Shown here piece by piece: positions 52,201-60,421 of a DNA stretch of 64,000 nucleotides. The stretch comes from an uncultured Chloroflexia bacterium (GTDB taxonomy: Bacteria > Chloroflexota > Dormibacteria > Aeolococcales > Aeolococcaceae). The stretch spans positions 361,172 to 425,171 of the forward strand of contig CAWJCO010000002.1 in assembly GCA_963841385.1 (NCBI GenBank), given 5' to 3'. The notes under the pieces are model-generated. The model was not told the origin of the DNA. It ran no database searches and was given only the letters and a program-made list of their open reading frames with translations. Each line of letters begins with the position of its first letter. The stretch's first letter is position 1. The position numbers and the translations under genes are program-made.

Positions 52201-53296
52201 GGTCCTCGTGGCGGCTTCCGCGGTGGATCGCCCGGCTGGCAGCGAGGATGCGGTGCCAGGCCTGCGATGACCTTTCGAGTGCATCCTCTCCCATCTCGGT
52301 CGCCCGCGCGCGCAGCTCCGCTGCGAGGGTCGAGGCGGCGTACGCCTCCGAGTAGATGGGGTCGTCGAGCGGGAGAAGCCCCTGCTCCTCAGCGTAGAGG
52401 AGGAAGACCAGGCGCATGAGGATGGTGACCGCGGCCGCGTAGACGTCGCTGGGCTTCACGGAGTTGGGCAGAAGCCCCTGACGCTCACGTGCGCGCTGCT
52501 CGCTATCGAGCCGCCCGATGGTGGCGACCAGCATGTCGACCACTGCCTGGGACTGCTCCTTGAGGCGCTCAGTAATCTCCTCCTGGCGCTCGAGGCTGAG
52601 CCGCAGGAGGGCGGGGAGGGCACGCTCCTCCTCGACCCCGAAGAAGCGCTGCCGGCAGAGGAGGGCGTGGAAGGCCCGGAGCGTCTCCGACTCGTCGAAC
52701 CAGACGTGGCGGGTCCAGGCCACGGTGGTCACCGCCCCGCCGGGGAGGCAGACCAGCGCCCATTCGGTCCCGTCGGTGACAAGTCCGAGGGGGACCTCCT
52801 GGGAGCGAAGTGCGTGGGCGAGGCGATCAGCTGGGCTCGCCGTCCAGGCCGAGGACGCCGAGCGGCTCGTGGCGGTTCGCGCCGTGGCTCGGGTGCCCGG
52901 GGCCGTGATAAGGCCGAGGAGGGCGGGCTTCGCCCCGTCGGTTGGCAGTAGCGCGAAGTCGGGGCGGACCTCGGTAGCGTGCTCCGGGATCGGGGTGGTC
53001 AGCCCCGCGGGCAGGTCGCGGGCGAAGGCGAGGTGGTCTCCCCAGCCGAGGAAGTCGGCGAGGACAACTCGGAGGAAGGCGTCGCGGCTGCCGGGGCTGG
53101 CGTCAAGGAGCTCGCTGGCGTCGCGCAGCCGGGACACGGCGTCGCGGTCCAGCGCCGGAAGCCCCGTCGACCAGACGTCCTTGACCACTGGAGCTGCGAG
53201 GAAGGGGCCGTCGACAGCTATAAGGTCGAGCCAGTCCGCCCCAGATGCCGCTCGGCTGCGTCGGCTAGGCGTCGTCGTGACCCCTCGACCCCTCAT
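49229..53296 (-). CDS. drmMI: DISARM class 1 adenine DNA methyltransferase DrmMI (type IIG/Eco57I-like)
   Basis: DVEQIGYVYEGL, YTPR, motif I DIAAGSGAFL, IYGVDIN, motif IV GNPPY, C-terminal TRD, FETFP. Lies between drmD and drmA with overlapping start/stop codons. Confidence 0.9.
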   Translation of the reverse strand: MRGRGVTTTPSRRSRAASGADWLDLIAVDGPFLAAPVVKDVWSTGLPALDRDAVSRLRDASELLDASPGSRDAFLRVVLADFLGWGDHLAFARDLPAGLTTPIPEHATEVRPDFALLPTDGAKPALLGLITAPGTRATARTATSRSASSAWTASPADRLAHALRSQEVPLGLVTDGTEWALVCLPGGAVTTVAWTRHVWFDESETLRAFHALLCRQRFFGVEEERALPALLRLSLERQEEITERLKEQSQAVVDMLVATIGRLDSEQRARERQGLLPNSVKPSDVYAAAVTILMRLVFLLYAEEQGLLPLDDPIYSEAYAASTLAAELRARATEMGEDALERSSQAWHRILAASRAIHRGSRHEDLGLPAYGGSLFDPDRFPWLEGRASAGDPIDGATPLAIDDRTLLHSMEALQTLRFGRERRRISFRQLDVEQIGYVYEGLIGEDAMRSDDWVLGVASDSRGERDGPELALREMELKLEEGPEEFAGWLAPLTDSSAGRRSEASILKAILAEADDSLWRAVLEACGGDEAAARAILPFGRLLRRDPRELPVVYPPLSLYLTESDYRAHTGTVYTPRALAERVVVGALEPLVYAPGPLDTEDRAAWRLRPPDEILALRVIDIAAGSGAFLVAATRYLAARLIESRALHEGLLVEVTDRAAAAQELDARRAIVDHCIYGVDINPMAVEMCKLSLWLVTLDRSRPFTFLDDRIAVGDSLLGITSADQLVNLSMTSRAGEVRNDRLPLWPGDVGRLIGEAAQLRRQITGIPMIDVRSAEDKGRLLDQAREVTSWLARIADALSAASLRGGSAGSYDLAVQLAEAYSRRASTDTATLEEQVSFVLTDRSRSVRRPAHFPLLFPEVFQGDHPGFDAVIGNPPYLGGGDISGILGGEYRTHLRDAVAYGKRAKRPDLVAFFFLQAARIAHPSAILGLLATNTVAQGDSREIGLDQLHDQGWRIYSAVKSERWPSRSAVVHFAIVCLSAPQRTTSVVSMLDGERVHSISPSLAPTGRTDWRSRRLRANEHAAFEGSVLHGIGFTVSPHDAETMIVDDPRNAEVLRPFLGGQDLLQSPLGIGSRWVIDFQLRSQAEAATYHEPWEWVQNRVKPERKELDPQRYQRIIDCWWQYWAPRSELYEHISGLERVLVIAQTSKTLMPHLVSARQVFQQTLIVFTTDDPAMLALLSSSLHYWWAIARASTLKGDLRYSKSDVFETFPLPPMTAPLRFVGDQLERGRRALMLDRELGLTATYNLMHDPRIRDPEVENLRQIHVAVDEAACSSYGWDDLTLGHGHHETRQGARWTVAPAVQREVLDRLLELNHERWAVEQRSGTARRGSRSHRMTSPSSPQGELFVDGTV

Positions 53297-56200
53297 CGCG
53301 ACGACCCTCCGCGCGAGAGATGAACCACCGCGGCGGTGAAGACGAGGGCGGGCGTCGTCTCGTAGCGGCGGGCGATTGCCGCCATCTCGCGCTCCCGCTC
53401 CTCCGGGATGCGGTCGAGTCGCTCGCGCCAGGCCGCGGCGTCCTGTTCAAGCTGGGCACGCTCATCAGGCGCCTCGTCCGCTCGGAGGTCGGCGAAGGTG
53501 AGCTGGCGGATCGCGCCCAGGCGGGCGACCGCCGCCGAGAGGGAGGCTGCGAAGTCGTCGAGGAGGCGGTTGGTCCGCGCCTCGTCCTCGCTCCGCCGCC
53601 TCTCCAGGGCCCGTCCGAGGCTTCCCTCGCGCTCCTTGGCCCTCGCGTCGATAGCAGCCGTGAGCCGTGGCATCAGCTGCGGCCAGATCCGCGCCAGTTC
53701 GTCACGCATCGAAGGAGGTGCTGCCGACGGTGTGGCGTCCGGCCCGAGGGCCGCGTCGAGGAGCGAATCGAGCTCCTGAACACCAAGTCGGGTGAATGAG
53801 GTGCCCCGTAGGGAGCCACCGGCCGTGAACAGCTCCTCGTGGAGGCGGTTGCCATCGGCTCCGACGATCACCAGGCGGCAGTACGCGGCGAGTACGGCAT
53901 CGGTGAGCCGCCCGTCGGGGATCGTCAGCGCCGCGACGCGGGCGAGGTGCTGGCCGCTCCACACCTCCGCGCGGAGCAGCCGGGTAGCCATGGCCACTAG
54001 GGGGTGGTTGAGATGGGCGAGGACCAGGTCCTGGCGCGATGCTGCCACCTCGGGATCGAAGCTGATCCGGCGCCGCCCGTAGTCGCGATCCTCCAGCGCG
54101 GACGTGGTGCGTGTCCAGGAGCCGGTGAGCTGGGGGACACTCCAGACCTCCGCACCGGATACCCCGTCCGTCTCCGCCTGGAGCGAGGGCTGGCGGCCGA
54201 GATCCAGCCCGACCCGCACCACCCGCTCGATGTCCGCCGGCGAGCAGTGAAGCGCACGTTGCGACTCGCTCAGGCTGTCACGAAGGCGCTTGGCGTCCTG
54301 GCGCAGTGCCCGTTCGACCTTGAGCGCCTCGCGCGCTGCGGCGACGGGGACAACCTTCTCCGGATCGAAGCCGGCAAGGTCCTCGCCGAGCATCCTCGCC
54401 TCCACTGCGCGGGCGAGCACCGGGTTGACGCTTCCCAGGTCCTCGCGCATAGTCGCGACCTTCAGGGCAACGCGGGTCAGGAACTCGAGGTCGGCATCGT
54501 GGCTCTCGGCCCCCGCCGTGCGCCAGTGCGATCCGACGAAGTGGCGAATCTCGGGAGGGTGGTGCTGGCCGTAGCGGTCTATGCGTCCCGCGCGCTGCTC
54601 TAGGCGGTTGGGGTTGAACGGGATGTCGTAGTTGACCAGGCGATGGCAGTGGAGCTGGAGGTCGATCCCCTCGCTCGCTGTGTCGGTGGCGAGAAGGATG
54701 CGCACCGGGTGGCGATCGGGTGGCTTCTGGAAATCGTCCTTGGTCCGTTCGCGCTCCTCCTCATCCATGCCACCGTGGAGGAGGGCGAGGCGACCACCCT
54801 CAGCGAGCCCGTGCGCCTCAAGCAGACGCTGAAGCCAGTTCTGGGTGTCCCGATACTCAGTGAAGATCGCGACCCGCTCGTCGTTCCAGGCACCATCGGG
54901 GTCACCGCCGCGGCAGACCCCGCGCAGGTAGGCGATGAGGGCCTGGGCCTTGGCGTCGCTGCGCTCGGCGTGCTCGTCGGCCCAATGAAGGAGAGTAGTG
55001 AGTAGCTCGCGCTCCCCAGTACCCGGCGGCCCTGCCGATCGGGTCGCGGTGCCCGCAGCAGCCTCCTCTGCTGCCTCGAAGGACTCGTCGTCAGCCCAGT
55101 CCCCGAAGAGCAGGTCGCGGCGCTGCGTTTCGGTCCAGCTCCCGGAGAGGTCGCGGTCCTCGCTCGCCTCGGTGATCGCCCGGGCGTGAAGGCGCAGGGT
55201 GCGCGCGAATGCGAAGGGGCTAGAGAAGAGCCGCTTCTTGAGGAGAAGCGTGATGAGGTCAGCCGAGCGAGCCGCCTTGTCGTCACGTTTCGCCAGCCGC
55301 TGGTGGCGGGCCGCGGTGTAGTCGCGGAGCAGCCGATGTCCCTCGAGCTCGCGTTTCGGGTAGGTGACCGTGATCTCCTCCACGACCCGCGCGGGGTAGC
55401 GGGGGGCTCCGCCGGGGTCGGTGAGCTCGCTCTTCAGCCGGCGGATCAGCACCTGCTGGAGCGCCGACGCATTGGGCGCGACGCCGCGGGCGAAACGCTG
55501 CGGGTCCAGCATCGCCAGAAGCGCGGTCCACGACTCCTCGTAGCCGTTGTGAGGAGTAGCGGAGAGGAACATTCGGTGCTCGGCGCGGTCGGCGATCCGG
55601 TGCACCGCCCGCGTCTGCTGGCTGTCGATCGCGTACCTCCCGCGTCCGGGCGGGGCGCAGTGGTGCGCCTCGTCCACGATGAGCAGGTCGAGGGGATGCC
55701 GGTGGCTCAGTCCCTCCCCCTCGGCGAGGAGCTCCTCGATTAGCCGCTGGCAGCGACCGCCGCGCAACCAGGAGAGGCTGACGATCGTGCGCAAGTGGAC
55801 GCGGAACGGATTGGCGTGCAGTCCCCGCTCCTGGCGGACCTGGCGCAACTCGTCGGTGTCGACGATCTGGAAGTCGAGCCCGAAGCGAGTTGCCATCTCG
55901 TCCCGCCACTTGGTGGTGAGTGGGGCGGGGCAGACCACCATGATCCGACGGGCGCGATGGCGGAGGAGGAGCTCCTGAACGACTAGACCCGCCTCGACCG
56001 TCTTGCCGAGGCCGACGTCGTCGGCGATGAGGAGGTTGACCCGGGGGAGTCGCAGGGAGCGGATGAGCGGCTCGAGCTGGTAGTCCTCGATGGCGATCCC
56101 GGCTCGGAATGGGGCCTGAAGAACCAGGCTCTCTGCGTTGGTGACCGCTCCCCAGCGCAGCGCGTCCAGGAAGGCCCCGATGGCGGCCGGGTCGTCGAAA

Positions 56201-56469
56201 CGTCGCCGACTCGGGTCGGGGAGGGTGCCGGCCTCGAGGATGCGCCGGCCGGGTTCGACCTCCCAAAGGACGGAGATCTCCTCCCCGATCCCGTCGTCCT
56301 CAACTGAAGAGAGGCTGACGATGGTCTCCCCCTCCGTGCCGTCGCGGCTTCGGGGGTCGAGGGGGAGGTTGGAGTGGCGGACCTCGGTGACCAGCCAGTG
56401 GCGTCCACGGGCCACGACGAGGCCCCCCGGGTTGGGGATGGCAGAGCGGGAGGCGAGGCTCACGGTCAT
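53293..56469 (-). CDS. drmD: DISARM SNF2-like helicase DrmD
   Basis: LQAPFRAGI.IEDYQLEPL, LLIADDVGLGKTVEAG, VDEAH, LSATPHNGY, FTEYRDT, EGIDLQ, PFNPNRLEQR.GRIDRYGQ. Confidence 0.93.
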   Translation of the reverse strand: MTVSLASRSAIPNPGGLVVARGRHWLVTEVRHSNLPLDPRSRDGTEGETIVSLSSVEDDGIGEEISVLWEVEPGRRILEAGTLPDPSRRRFDDPAAIGAFLDALRWGAVTNAESLVLQAPFRAGIAIEDYQLEPLIRSLRLPRVNLLIADDVGLGKTVEAGLVVQELLLRHRARRIMVVCPAPLTTKWRDEMATRFGLDFQIVDTDELRQVRQERGLHANPFRVHLRTIVSLSWLRGGRCQRLIEELLAEGEGLSHRHPLDLLIVDEAHHCAPPGRGRYAIDSQQTRAVHRIADRAEHRMFLSATPHNGYEESWTALLAMLDPQRFARGVAPNASALQQVLIRRLKSELTDPGGAPRYPARVVEEITVTYPKRELEGHRLLRDYTAARHQRLAKRDDKAARSADLITLLLKKRLFSSPFAFARTLRLHARAITEASEDRDLSGSWTETQRRDLLFGDWADDESFEAAEEAAAGTATRSAGPPGTGERELLTTLLHWADEHAERSDAKAQALIAYLRGVCRGGDPDGAWNDERVAIFTEYRDTQNWLQRLLEAHGLAEGGRLALLHGGMDEEERERTKDDFQKPPDRHPVRILLATDTASEGIDLQLHCHRLVNYDIPFNPNRLEQRAGRIDRYGQHHPPEIRHFVGSHWRTAGAESHDADLEFLTRVALKVATMREDLGSVNPVLARAVEARMLGEDLAGFDPEKVVPVAAAREALKVERALRQDAKRLRDSLSESQRALHCSPADIERVVRVGLDLGRQPSLQAETDGVSGAEVWSVPQLTGSWTRTTSALEDRDYGRRRISFDPEVAASRQDLVLAHLNHPLVAMATRLLRAEVWSGQHLARVAALTIPDGRLTDAVLAAYCRLVIVGADGNRLHEELFTAGGSLRGTSFTRLGVQELDSLLDAALGPDATPSAAPPSMRDELARIWPQLMPRLTAAIDARAKEREGSLGRALERRRSEDEARTNRLLDDFAASLSAAVARLGAIRQLTFADLRADEAPDERAQLEQDAAAWRERLDRIPEEREREMAAIARRYETTPALVFTAAVVHLSRGGSSR

Positions 56470-56656
56470 CAGCGTCTCGACCGCGAGGGTAACTGTTCCA
56501 TGACGGCTCCGGGCACCTCCTCAGCGCTCCTGAGTTCAGACCCAGCCATCCGCTTACGGCAACGGCAAGAGGATGCCCCGCCCTGTACCACTGACCCATC
56601 GCATCTCTCCCGACCGAACCCTTCCCCGGAGGCCGCTACTGGGCGCTCAGGCACCG

Positions 56657-57778
56657 CTACAGCCCCAGGTAGCTAGAGGCGTTGTCCCGGTAGCGATCCC
56701 CTTCGCGGATGTAGCGGCGGACCATCTCCAGGCTGCGGTGGCCGGTCTGGCGCATGATCGCCCGCTCCGGCGCGCCCTGGGCGGCCGCCTCGGTGGCGAA
56801 GCCGCTCCGCAGGGAGTGACCGGCAACCTCGGTGGGGTCGAGGCCGGCTCGCTGGGCGGCGCGCTGGATCACCCGGGCGATCCCCTGGGGGCTGAGCCGC
56901 CCGGGAGCCAGCCGGCCGGCGGGGTGGCGTCGCGGTTGCCTCGCGGAGGGGCGGCCGCCGGGCAGCGTGCGGGGGAAGAGAGGATCCCCCCGGCCCGCTT
57001 CGGCGAGGAAGAGCCAGCGCTCCAGCGCCAGCACCGGGCAGGTCTCGGGATGCCGCCCGCGAGTGATGCCGATGGTGCGGCCCTCGCCGGCGGGATCGGT
57101 TTTGCCGCGGCGGATGAGCACGTCGACCCCCTGCTCGACGAAGCGGAGGTCGGAGACGTCCAGGGCGCTCAGTTCGCTGCGCCGCATCCCGGAGGCGAAG
57201 CCGAGCAGCAGCAGCGCCCGGTCGCGGACCGCGAGCAGGTCGTCCTCGGGGGTTGCCGCGAGCATGGCCCGGAGGGTGGCCAGGCGGATCGGGGTGACCT
57301 GGCGAGGGCGCGACCCGCGGGTGCGGGCCAGGCCGGCCATGGTCCGCCGCACGGACTCGGCCTGGGTGGAGGAGGGGAGGTGGCCGGCGGCCCGGTGCGC
57401 CTGGGAGATGGCGACCAGTCGGCGGCGCAGGGTCGACGTCGCGGCGCCCGCCTCGCTGCAGGCGGTGAGGTAGAGGGCGACGGTATCCGGTGCGGCAGGC
57501 AGGGCGGACAGCCCGAATCGCCGGCACCAGAGCTGGAAGGCGGCGAAGTCGCTCTGGTAGGCGCGCAGGGTGGCCTCGCTCTTGGAATTGCGGATGGTCT
57601 CGGCGGTCCTCTGGCGGAGCGCATCCAGCTGACGGGCGGCGCTCTCGGGGGTGGCCAGGTGGCTGGCGTCCAACCGGTCGCGGAGCGCGCCCGCGCGCGG
57701 CCGAGGCGTCGCGGACGGCCCCTCCAGACCGTCGGCACGGCTGGCGGAAGGGTGAGGGGTAGGTGGGCCTTGATGCAC
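56657..57778 (-). CDS. Cre-like tyrosine recombinase (resolvase-type)
   Basis: T.RAY.SD...F..WC, STL.RRL.AIS, RDRALLLLGFASGMRRSEL, RGKTD..GEG, CPV.AL..W, GHSLRSGF.T, QTGHRS, RRYIR. Start is uncertain. Confidence 0.92.
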   Translation of the reverse strand: MHQGPPTPHPSASRADGLEGPSATPRPRAGALRDRLDASHLATPESAARQLDALRQRTAETIRNSKSEATLRAYQSDFAAFQLWCRRFGLSALPAAPDTVALYLTACSEAGAATSTLRRRLVAISQAHRAAGHLPSSTQAESVRRTMAGLARTRGSRPRQVTPIRLATLRAMLAATPEDDLLAVRDRALLLLGFASGMRRSELSALDVSDLRFVEQGVDVLIRRGKTDPAGEGRTIGITRGRHPETCPVLALERWLFLAEAGRGDPLFPRTLPGGRPSARQPRRHPAGRLAPGRLSPQGIARVIQRAAQRAGLDPTEVAGHSLRSGFATEAAAQGAPERAIMRQTGHRSLEMVRRYIREGDRYRDNASSYLGL

Positions 57779-57802
57779 GATAAGTTCATATTATCGTGCA
57801 TC
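57772..57802. promoter_or_regulatory. lox/dif-like recombination site
   Basis: Perfect 12-bp inverted repeat GATGCACGATAA-[GTTCATA]-TTATCGTGCATC. AT-rich, with an asymmetric 7-bp spacer, at the 5' end of the recombinase gene. Confidence 0.75.
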
Positions 57803-58026
57803 TAAAGCGGCGGCTCCAGCGTTCCACTTTTCCGACCAGTGGGGCGGCGGGGATGTCCAGGGGGCAGCTCCAACTCAGTGAGCCCCCCGGATGCGTCGTG
57901 GCTAATCCATCTCCGTGCGTGAGTGTCGCGACGTGGGGCCCTATGGGCGTCCCAGCGACCGATGGCGTCGAGAGAGACCGTGACGTGGCGCGCCGGGAGC
58001 TCGCCAGTCGCTATCTCGTCACGTCG

Positions 58027-58935
58027 TTACATCGGGTTGGTCGCCGGCTCGCCGTAGGAAGCAGGTGGCCTCGCACCCGAGATCTCGCCGGCGAGGAAGG
58101 GCCGGAGTTTCTCATCGAGCTCCTCGAGGCTCGCCACCCCGAAGGCCTCCAGCGCCAGCACGGTGAGCCGGTATCGGTTGGCCCGTCGCCCCTGGCTGTC
58201 CCGAACCGCCGCGAGCAGCCCGGCATCCACCAGGCGACCGAGCAGGGTCTCGCAGTCTGCGCCGCGGAGCTCCTCGAGTTGGCGCCGGGTGGCCTCCCGG
58301 TGCCAGCCGACGAAGCCGAGGAGGGCCACCGCGTCCGCGGAGAGCGCGGCGTGGCGCTGCGCGGTCATCACCCTGCCCAGTGCCCGCAGGGCGGGCTCCG
58401 CAGTGGCCAGTGCGCCGAGCCGGATCTCGACGCTGTCCTCGGTGAGGCTCATCCCGCAGGCGGCCAGCCGAGACGCCACCTGGGGCAGTTGGTGGCGCAC
58501 CGCGCTCGTGGGGAGGCCGAGCGCGCCGGCGAGGTCGGTCAGGGCGACGCGTCCTCCGCACGCCCAGAGGCAGGCGGCCAGCCGGACCAGCTGGCTCTCG
58601 AGGCCCTCCACCGGCTCCGGTGGCCGCACCATCATCTCCACGGGCGCATCGAGACCAAGACCACGGCAGAGCCGTTCGAATGTGCGGACTGTGGGCAGCC
58701 GCCGACCGGATTCGATATCGCAGATGACCGTGTGGCTCACCCCGGTGCGACGCGAAGCCGCGCGGACGGAGAGGTGGAGTGTCTCCCGCCGAAGGCGGAG
58801 CTCGACGGCGAGCGGGCTGGGTGCGGCTGTGGCTTGCGGAGGCGAGGACCGGCTTGACGCTGCATCCTCTGACCCTGTTTTGGCCCCGATTTCCCCGCCA
58901 CCACGCGAGAGCTTGTCCGCAATCCCCCCCGTCAT
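58027..58935 (-). CDS. XRE-family HTH::ScpB (SMC kite, tandem winged-helix) fusion protein
   Basis: N-terminal LRLRRETLHLSVRAASRRTGVSHTVICDIESGRRLP (HTH_3). C-terminal LAACLWACGGRVAL.DLAGAL...LSADAVALLGFVGWHREATRRQLEELRG......L..LVDAGLL......GRRANRYRLT...LEAFGVASLEEL follows the ScpB consensus. Confidence 0.78.
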   Translation of the reverse strand: MTGGIADKLSRGGGEIGAKTGSEDAASSRSSPPQATAAPSPLAVELRLRRETLHLSVRAASRRTGVSHTVICDIESGRRLPTVRTFERLCRGLGLDAPVEMMVRPPEPVEGLESQLVRLAACLWACGGRVALTDLAGALGLPTSAVRHQLPQVASRLAACGMSLTEDSVEIRLGALATAEPALRALGRVMTAQRHAALSADAVALLGFVGWHREATRRQLEELRGADCETLLGRLVDAGLLAAVRDSQGRRANRYRLTVLALEAFGVASLEELDEKLRPFLAGEISGARPPASYGEPATNPM

Positions 58936-59199
58936 GGTCACCCCCGCCTTCCCATGTCGAGGCCGGGGCAGCTGGGTGCACTCACTCAAGCTCGATCATC
59001 GAGCGGATAGAGGCCCGCCAGCCAGCGGGTGTCACCACTCCAAGCGGCCGCGTGCGCCCACAGGGGGACGAAGCGGAGCTGATTCTGACCCCTGCCCCGG
59101 GTGCTGACCCGCGCATAGCCCCACCCTCAACTGGTTGCCTTCCCACTGTGCCACTGCCTGTCCGGGGGGCCTCGCTGAGGGCTCCGCGGCGCCTATCAG

Positions 59200-59607
59200 T
59201 CATCGGACGCACTCATCGTGGCCCCACCCATTACGTTCCAAGGCGTCCGCAGCAGCCTCAGCGGCGGGGCTTCCCGCCGGTATCGCTATCGATTCCTTGC
59301 ACCCTGAGCAGCGGAAGGTGACGCGATTCTCGGCTGCGCCCCGCTCGTACCCTGCTTGGAACCCCTCGTCGTACCCGGCCACGCGTCCCTTCCTCATGCC
59401 GTCCTGGTACCCGCGCTTCCGTGCCTCGCCGACATCCCCCTTGACGATGCCAAGTCCCTGCAGCATCAGCTGAGCCTTGGACAGCCCAGTTGCCGCACAG
59501 AGGCTGACCAACTCGTCGCGCGCGGCTCGGGGAATCCGCGCGCTGATCGTCGGATTCGCTACCTCATAACGTGCCCGGCTGGGTGGCTTGTGAGGCGCCC
59601 GCGTCAC
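59200..59607 (-). CDS. Hypothetical protein (RHH-like N-terminus, GxxxG repeat, CxxC/HxxC)
   Basis: GAGGGGGGA RBS; TISARIP....DEL...C...GLSKAQL; GYQDGMRKGRVAGYDEGFQAGYERG; CSGC...HDEC. Confidence 0.6.
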   Translation of the reverse strand: MTRAPHKPPSRARYEVANPTISARIPRAARDELVSLCAATGLSKAQLMLQGLGIVKGDVGEARKRGYQDGMRKGRVAGYDEGFQAGYERGAAENRVTFRCSGCKESIAIPAGSPAAEAAADALERNGWGHDECVR

Positions 59608-60259
59608 CGCTCCCCCCTCGGGGTGCGGCGCACGCCACCGTGCCCGCCATGCCGTACACCCGGTGGTTGACCACTGCGTTTACCCCTGTCGTTTACCATG
59701 TCCTGCACAACCTCCTACTGCGCGTGTCCCTCGCGCGCGCGCGCGTGGTGCACGCGTGGTGATGCCCGGCGGACATGACCGCCAGCCGCAGCGCCATTGC
59801 AACGCCACGCTTAGCGCTCAGGAAGCCGCGGAGCGCGGCCTCGAAACCGTCCCGATCTCCCGCGCAGGCGGCCTGGCAGAGCCCGCTCCAGGCGGGCTCA
59901 GGTCGGAGAAGCAGGCCGCCCCACCGGGGTTGCAGGTTCGCCATGGGATAGCTCATCGACCTCACCGGCGCGCTCCGGCCCGCCAGTTCTGGTCCATCGC
60001 AAGACCAGCGGAGAGGTGCGACGAGGGCGTCATCAGTTATCCGGAGGTGCTCATCCCCCCTGAGGGCGTCTATCCTCCAGCCCTGATCACCTTCCCAAAG
60101 GGGATGCGTATCTTGGGCCGGCAAACACCGCAGCCATCCGCTGGGTACTTCGATCTCGCTGGAGGTTACCGAGCCAGTTTCACCCGTGGACACGTCTATG
60201 CAGCCAGTAGTTCGAGAGCCACAGCGGCTCGCGCGCAGGTGACCTCCAGGACCTTTCCG

Positions 60260-60400
60260 GGGTTTCCTGGTTTCCTGGGTGTGGTGAAGCGCATTGATCG
60301 AGGGAGGCGAAACGTGATCGGTGAGATGGCTCGGGTGATGTTGGGACCTCCTTACCACCAGTTCCGGGACGGAGCACCGAGCCAGGAAACCAGGAAACCC
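60260..60400. repeat. 19-bp inverted repeat of tandem 9-mers; putative replication origin
   Basis: GGGTTTCCTGGTTTCCTGG (60260-60278) and its exact reverse complement CCAGGAAACCAGGAAACCC (60382-60400), immediately downstream of the helicase gene. Confidence 0.7.
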
Positions 60401-60421
60401 AGAGAAGGACACGTCGGCTAC

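Noticed and set aside
59693-60412. 239-aa minus-strand ORF between the helicase and the RHH-like gene
   Set aside because: No recognisable motif, and it runs through the iteron repeats and the (CG)7 tract. A shorter internal gene is possible but unsupported.
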